DNA of 64,000 nucleotides from Bryobacterales bacterium (GTDB lineage Bacteria; Acidobacteriota; Terriglobia; Bryobacterales; UBA6623): NCBI GenBank assembly GCA_965247305.1, contig OZ252030.1, positions 3,847,699 to 3,911,698 of the forward strand, read 5' to 3'. Shown piece by piece: positions 59,294 to 64,000 of this stretch (position 1 is its first letter; each line of letters starts with the position of its first letter). The notes under the pieces were generated by a model. It saw only the letters and a program-made list of their open reading frames with translations, ran no database searches and was not told where the DNA came from. The position numbers and the translations under genes were made by a program.

Positions 59294-59421
59294 GCGGGCT
59301 GATTGTATCGAACTCCTCTGGCTGGTACGAGTCGCGAAGTCGTCAGGATGCGCGCCGTTGAGCCGGCGCATCGTTCTTGCCGCGGCGAATTAGAATGTGA
59401 TGAGGCTTTGGACTACGACAG

Positions 59422-60864
59422 TTGATGCCTTCTGATATCACGGAATTTAGCGCGTCAGCTTTGTCGGATGCGATTCGCCGGCGCGACGTAACTTGCGTCG
59501 ACGTCATGGCGGCGTACCTGGCGCGGATCAATCGCTACAACGGCGTCTACAACGCGATTGTCAGCATGCTCGATGAAGACGAATTGATGTCTCAAGCCGC
59601 CGCGGCCGATCGTGAGTTTGAAGCCCGCCAGTATCGCGGTTGGATGCACGGCATGCCGCATGCGATTAAAGACCTTGCCGACACCGAGGGGCTTGAGACG
59701 AGCCGGGGCTCGGCGATTTTTGCGGGTACGGTCGCTGAGGCGGACGACCTAATCGTTAGCCGTATTCGCGCAAGCGGCGCTATCTTTATCGGCAAAACCA
59801 ATTCGCCGGAATTTGGACTCGGCTCACAGACATACAACAGCGTATTCGGACCAACTCGCAATGCCTATGACCCGCGGTTAGCCGCCGGCGGTAGCAGTGG
59901 CGGCGCGGCGGTCGGGCTGGCGACACACCTGCTGCCGTGCGCTGACGGTAGCGACATGATGGGATCGCTGAGGAACCCCGCGGGGTTCAACAATGTTGTC
60001 GGTTACCGTCCGAGTCAGGGGCGGGTGCCTCGTCTTCCAACGGCTGACGCTTTCTATCAACAGCTTGCAACCGCGGGCGCAATGGGCCGCAACGTTGAGG
60101 ACACGATTCGCCTGCTGGGTACTATATCGGGCTTTGACGCGCGAGCGCCCTTGAGTCTAAGGGACTCGCTTGCGGAATACGAGGAGTTTCAAGCACGCAA
60201 GTTGAGTGAGACCAAGATCGGCTGGATGGGCAACTATGACGGCTATCTCGCCACCGATAGCGGGGTGACGGACGTCTGCGAGCGGAGCTTGCGTGAGCTC
60301 GCCAAGCATGGCGCGACTGTTGAGAACTGTCAGCCTATCTACGATATGAGTCTTCTGTGGGAGACCTGGCTGGTGCTGCGCCATTGGTCTTGCTTGTGGC
60401 TCAAAGAGATCTACGACGATAGCGACAAGCGCCGGCTGTTGAAGCCCGAGGTTGTCTGGGAAGTCGAAGGCGGTTTGCGGATCAGCGGCCAGCAACTGTT
60501 TGATGCGGGGATTGCGCGATCGGAGTGGTACAGCGCGCTACTGGAGCTACTTCAGCAGTACGACGTCTTGGCGCTGCCTTCCGCGCAGGTGTTTCCTTTT
60601 GCAGTTGAGACTCATTGGCCCACATCTATCAACGGCCGAGAGATGGACACATACCATCGATGGATGGAGGTCGTAATCGGCGCTACACTGTCGGGCTTAC
60701 CGGTGGTCAGTTTGCCTGCCGGTTTCGACGAATCCGGGCGGCCAATGGGTATGCAGTTTATCGGGCGCATGGGCGAGGACCAACGGCTACTCGAGTTCGC
60801 AATGGCGCACGAAACAGCGATGGACTATCTGTCTCAGCGGCCGCTGTTGCGCGAGTCGCTCTGA
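59422..60864 (+). CDS. amidase (amidase-signature family)
   Basis: GGSSGGAAVGLA plus the Ser-cisSer-Lys triad context. 480 aa. Confidence 0.85.
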   Translation: MMPSDITEFSASALSDAIRRRDVTCVDVMAAYLARINRYNGVYNAIVSMLDEDELMSQAAAADREFEARQYRGWMHGMPHAIKDLADTEGLETSRGSAIFAGTVAEADDLIVSRIRASGAIFIGKTNSPEFGLGSQTYNSVFGPTRNAYDPRLAAGGSSGGAAVGLATHLLPCADGSDMMGSLRNPAGFNNVVGYRPSQGRVPRLPTADAFYQQLATAGAMGRNVEDTIRLLGTISGFDARAPLSLRDSLAEYEEFQARKLSETKIGWMGNYDGYLATDSGVTDVCERSLRELAKHGATVENCQPIYDMSLLWETWLVLRHWSCLWLKEIYDDSDKRRLLKPEVVWEVEGGLRISGQQLFDAGIARSEWYSALLELLQQYDVLALPSAQVFPFAVETHWPTSINGREMDTYHRWMEVVIGATLSGLPVVSLPAGFDESGRPMGMQFIGRMGEDQRLLEFAMAHETAMDYLSQRPLLRESL

Positions 60865-60879
60865 TCGATTGACGAGTCT

Positions 60880-63180
60880 ATGCCGGGCGCACTCAACGGG
60901 TTCACAGTTGTCGACCTCACGACCGGAGCGGCCGGTGCGATGGCGACGATGTTCCTTAGCGACCATGGCGCGCGAGTTATCAGAGTCATCGGGAGAGACG
61001 CGGCTGCATTTCGCGATGGTGGATTTGTCGTTTGGGATCGCGGCAAGGAGTGCGCGCGGATCGATATGGAGCGGGTTGATCCTGGTGAAGCGGGCAGAAA
61101 TTCTTCGACGGATGTGTTCGTTCGTCTAGTCGCGGCGGCGGATGTTTTGGTTGAGGACCTGCCCCCGTCCGACAGCGGTCAGCGTTATGTCGAGTACGGC
61201 TGGCTGCGTCAGCTCAACCCGCGGCTGGTGGCGTGCTCGATTACGGCCTACGGCAAGCGAGGGCCTTGGAAAGACGAGCCCGCGATCGATGAGTTGGTGC
61301 TGGCTCGCGTCGGCGTGCTCAGTAGCATGCCGGGCTTTCGGCCTGCGCCGGTACACGTCGTACACCCGCTTCCAACGGTTGGCGCGGCGATTTTAGCGGC
61401 GCTGGGGATTTCAGCGGCGCTCTACGTTCGCGAAGAGAGCGGACGAGGCCTCGAGGTCGAAACTTCGTTGCTGGCTGGGGCGCTCTTGTATCACCCCAAG
61501 GCTACGGCCGAGAACTTCGAGCCCTATGTGTTCCAAACGCACCCGTCGGGAAGCGCGCCTTTCTATAGCGGTTACGAATGCGCCGACGGGGATTGGGTGC
61601 AGCTTGGATGTGTGCATCCGGGATTCGTCGCGTCCGCCGCACGGGTAGCGGGGCTCACGGAAGTGTTGGCGGATCCGCGGTTCGGCGACGGACGCCCCGC
61701 GGTTTTAGAAGACGCCTTGGAACTGCGCGCGAAGTTGACAGAGATTATTCGAACTAGACCGTACGCGGCCTGGGCCAGTAGGTTTGAAGAAGCTGACGTC
61801 CCCTATGCGCGCGCGCGCTGGACGGACGAGAGTTTCGACGACCCTCAAATTGCGCACAACGAAATGTTGGTCGAGCTGGAGGACCCGGTTTTCGATCGCG
61901 TTGCTCAAATGGGCGTGGCGCTGAAGTTGAGCGAGACGGCCGGTAGCGTGCAGGGGCCGCGCCGGGATGCGGCCGGCCTGAATGAACTTCCGACGGATCT
62001 TGCGTCGGAAGCTTCCGAGCCGCGGCCCGGAGATCCGCAACCGGAGCCCCGGTCATTGGCTGCGCCACTTGCGGGCGTTCGGGTTTTAGAAATAACCAAT
62101 CTGATTGCGGGGCCGACGGCCGGTAGGCTGCTGGCGGACCTTGGCGCTAATGTTGTGAAGATCGAACCACCAAGCGGTGACATCTCTAGGCCTCTCGGGC
62201 GAACCTATTTCTATGGGGTAAATTTCAATAAGCGCTCGCTTTGCGTCGACACACGAACCGCGGACGGCAAAACTGTCGTGCAGCGGATTGCCGCCGATTC
62301 CGATATTTTGCTGGCAAACCTCCGCCCGCGGGCCACGGAACGCATGGGGATAGGCACGGCGCTCAACCCGAGGCTGATCGAAGTTCATTTGACTGGGTAC
62401 GGTTGGAGCGGACCGTATGCGGAGCGGCCAGGAATCGATCCACTGGCGTCGGCCTATCTTGGCCTGCTGAGAGCGCAAGGCGGCAAAGAAAATCCGCCAG
62501 TGTTTCCTGCCGAGCTGGCTCCTACGGACTTTACGACTGGGGCGGTTGGAGCACTGGGCGCCGTGCTTTGCTTACTTACCCGTCGTCGCTCAGGAGTCGT
62601 GCAACGGGCGGAATCGAACCTGCTCAACGGCGCAATCTTGCTGTGTTCAGAGTGGTTTTCTCGATATAACGGTCGCCGCGCGCGGCCACTCGCGGACAAG
62701 GAGCAGTTTGGGCTGAACGATTTCCACCGGCTTTTCGAAGTCTCGGATGGTTGGATCTATGTGGTGGCGGATCGAGACGAAGAGCGGATTGCGCTGTGCG
62801 AGTTGTTGGGTTGCACGGGGGATGCACTCGCGGGGAAGTTCGCGGACTTGACGGTCGCCGAAAGCTTGGAGAGGTTGGCGAACGCCGGCGTAGCTGCCGC
62901 ACCGGTGTTACCGGGGAACAGTGACGTTTTCCTCGGCACCGATCACGCGATCAAGAATGAAATGGTGGCGAGGTGTGAGCATCCGACAGGGGGTGCGATG
63001 CGCATCGGTTGGAATGCCATTAATTTCGCCGAGACAAAAATGAGCATGGGTAGGCCAACGCCGCTGTTGGGCGAGCATACTCGCGAAGTGCTTGAGGAAG
63101 TTGGTTTTGAGGCGGGCGAGATCGAACGGCTGTACGAGGTTGGCGTGGTGAAGACGGATCAGCCGAGCAGAGATCACTGA
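60880..63180 (+). CDS. tandem-fused family III CoA-transferase (two CaiB/BaiF domains)
   Basis: Two copies of the N-terminal Rossmann-like motif (GFTVVDLTTGAAGAMA.. and GVRVLEITNLIAGPTAG..), each followed by a CoA-transferase III fold. Confidence 0.8.
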   Translation: MPGALNGFTVVDLTTGAAGAMATMFLSDHGARVIRVIGRDAAAFRDGGFVVWDRGKECARIDMERVDPGEAGRNSSTDVFVRLVAAADVLVEDLPPSDSGQRYVEYGWLRQLNPRLVACSITAYGKRGPWKDEPAIDELVLARVGVLSSMPGFRPAPVHVVHPLPTVGAAILAALGISAALYVREESGRGLEVETSLLAGALLYHPKATAENFEPYVFQTHPSGSAPFYSGYECADGDWVQLGCVHPGFVASAARVAGLTEVLADPRFGDGRPAVLEDALELRAKLTEIIRTRPYAAWASRFEEADVPYARARWTDESFDDPQIAHNEMLVELEDPVFDRVAQMGVALKLSETAGSVQGPRRDAAGLNELPTDLASEASEPRPGDPQPEPRSLAAPLAGVRVLEITNLIAGPTAGRLLADLGANVVKIEPPSGDISRPLGRTYFYGVNFNKRSLCVDTRTADGKTVVQRIAADSDILLANLRPRATERMGIGTALNPRLIEVHLTGYGWSGPYAERPGIDPLASAYLGLLRAQGGKENPPVFPAELAPTDFTTGAVGALGAVLCLLTRRRSGVVQRAESNLLNGAILLCSEWFSRYNGRRARPLADKEQFGLNDFHRLFEVSDGWIYVVADRDEERIALCELLGCTGDALAGKFADLTVAESLERLANAGVAAAPVLPGNSDVFLGTDHAIKNEMVARCEHPTGGAMRIGWNAINFAETKMSMGRPTPLLGEHTREVLEEVGFEAGEIERLYEVGVVKTDQPSRDH

Positions 63181-63254
63181 TAAACCAGCGAAGGGTCGAG
63201 GCGTTTGATCGGTGAAATCAGCGGCATCGATCGAATGAGGCTAAAATTTGAACA

Positions 63255-63914
63255 TTGGGATTGATATTTGGCGAATTCCGCCGACCTCGAATCATGTTTA
63301 CTGCTAATCAGTTCGAGCAGGCGAACCGGTGGATCAAACGACTCGTCGGCGGAATTGAGGCGGTCCATCAAGGTCTCTGGCTCGGGCTACTTAGCCGCGC
63401 TGAACTGCAACGCATTACAACGCGACATTACATGGAACAACGTCGGTATCAAAACCCCGACTACAATTTGTCTGGGTTCTTCCCGTGGGAAGAAGCGGCC
63501 TTCAGTCAATACTTTGGCCAGTGTCGATCGGTTCTGGTTGGTGCCGCCGGTGGGGGCCGCGAGGTCATGGCGCTGCTAAGGGCTGGTATCGAAGTGGAGG
63601 CGTTCGAGTGCAGCGCAAGTCTTCTCGAGAGCGCGCAACGCGCCGTCGTCAACCAAGGATTCTCCGCGCACGTCGAACTGTCGCGTCCGGATGAGGTACC
63701 TGAGCAACTAGGAGAACACGACGGGTTCCTGATGGGTTTGGGCGCTTACATGCACATAGCCGGTCGCGATGCGCGAGTAGAATTCTTGAAACGTGTTCGC
63801 CAACACGTAAGAACAGGTGGCCCTATTCTTGTCTCCTTTCTATGCGCGCCGCGAAGAGAACTTCCGATTTCGCATGATCGCGATGGCGGCGCGAGCGGCT
63901 CAGCCATTTGCTAG
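63255..63914 (+). CDS. class I SAM-dependent methyltransferase
   Basis: Motif I VLVGAAGGGREVMAL and downstream acidic motif E.FECS. Confidence 0.55.
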   Translation: MGLIFGEFRRPRIMFTANQFEQANRWIKRLVGGIEAVHQGLWLGLLSRAELQRITTRHYMEQRRYQNPDYNLSGFFPWEEAAFSQYFGQCRSVLVGAAGGGREVMALLRAGIEVEAFECSASLLESAQRAVVNQGFSAHVELSRPDEVPEQLGEHDGFLMGLGAYMHIAGRDARVEFLKRVRQHVRTGGPILVSFLCAPRRELPISHDRDGGASGSAIC

Positions 63915-64000
63915 TCGGAGCTACCGGGTCGAACTTGGTGACTCACTCGCAGGGAGATTTGATCACTTCTTTTCGAAAGCTGAGTTAGCTAATGAATTTT

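Overview
High-GC (about 60%) bacterial chromosomal window. The gene content suggests an Acidobacteria-like organism: multiple sulfatases, Ser/Thr kinases fused to TolB-type beta-propellers, LRR and FG-GAP proteins, and a flotillin/NfeD pair. Housekeeping genes are present (secA, truB, tRNA-Arg(CCT), an amidase, a fused double CoA-transferase, a TonB-dependent-receptor-like OMP). Mobile DNA is dense. There are two near-identical IS3-family copies in inverted orientation (7265..8893 and 14644..16261), plus a tandem partial IS3 right end. Together they bracket a roughly 5.3 kb cargo. Two different IS630-family elements are each precisely delimited by 12-13 bp terminal inverted repeats and TA duplications. 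Each has split a host gene in frame. A roughly 2 kb IS has 50-bp terminal inverted repeats and a transposase frameshifted at an A8 run. Two copies of a 175-bp MITE with TA flanks are present. The cargo inside the IS3 bracket is the most unusual locus. It encodes a roughly 970-aa protein made of about 21 tandem 19-aa Gly-centred helical repeats. That protein ends in an HExxH domain that looks DUF4157-like. A CHAT/caspase-like His-Cys peptidase gene follows 6 nt downstream. The N-terminal 41 codons of the repeat gene are separated from the body by one of the IS630 insertions. Several families of interspersed non-coding repeats are present. R1 is about 85 nt in four copies and carries a conserved 17-codon mini-ORF. 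R2 is about 375 nt in three copies and shares a 3' module with R1. Both IS3 copies inserted at exactly the same position of that module, which is reminiscent of REP/BIME-targeting IS3 elements. A 28-mer direct/inverted repeat array lies at 34.1-34.4 kb. A modular secreted-protein locus (21.9-25.0 kb) has frame breaks and a dockerin-like C-terminus. No CRISPR array was found.
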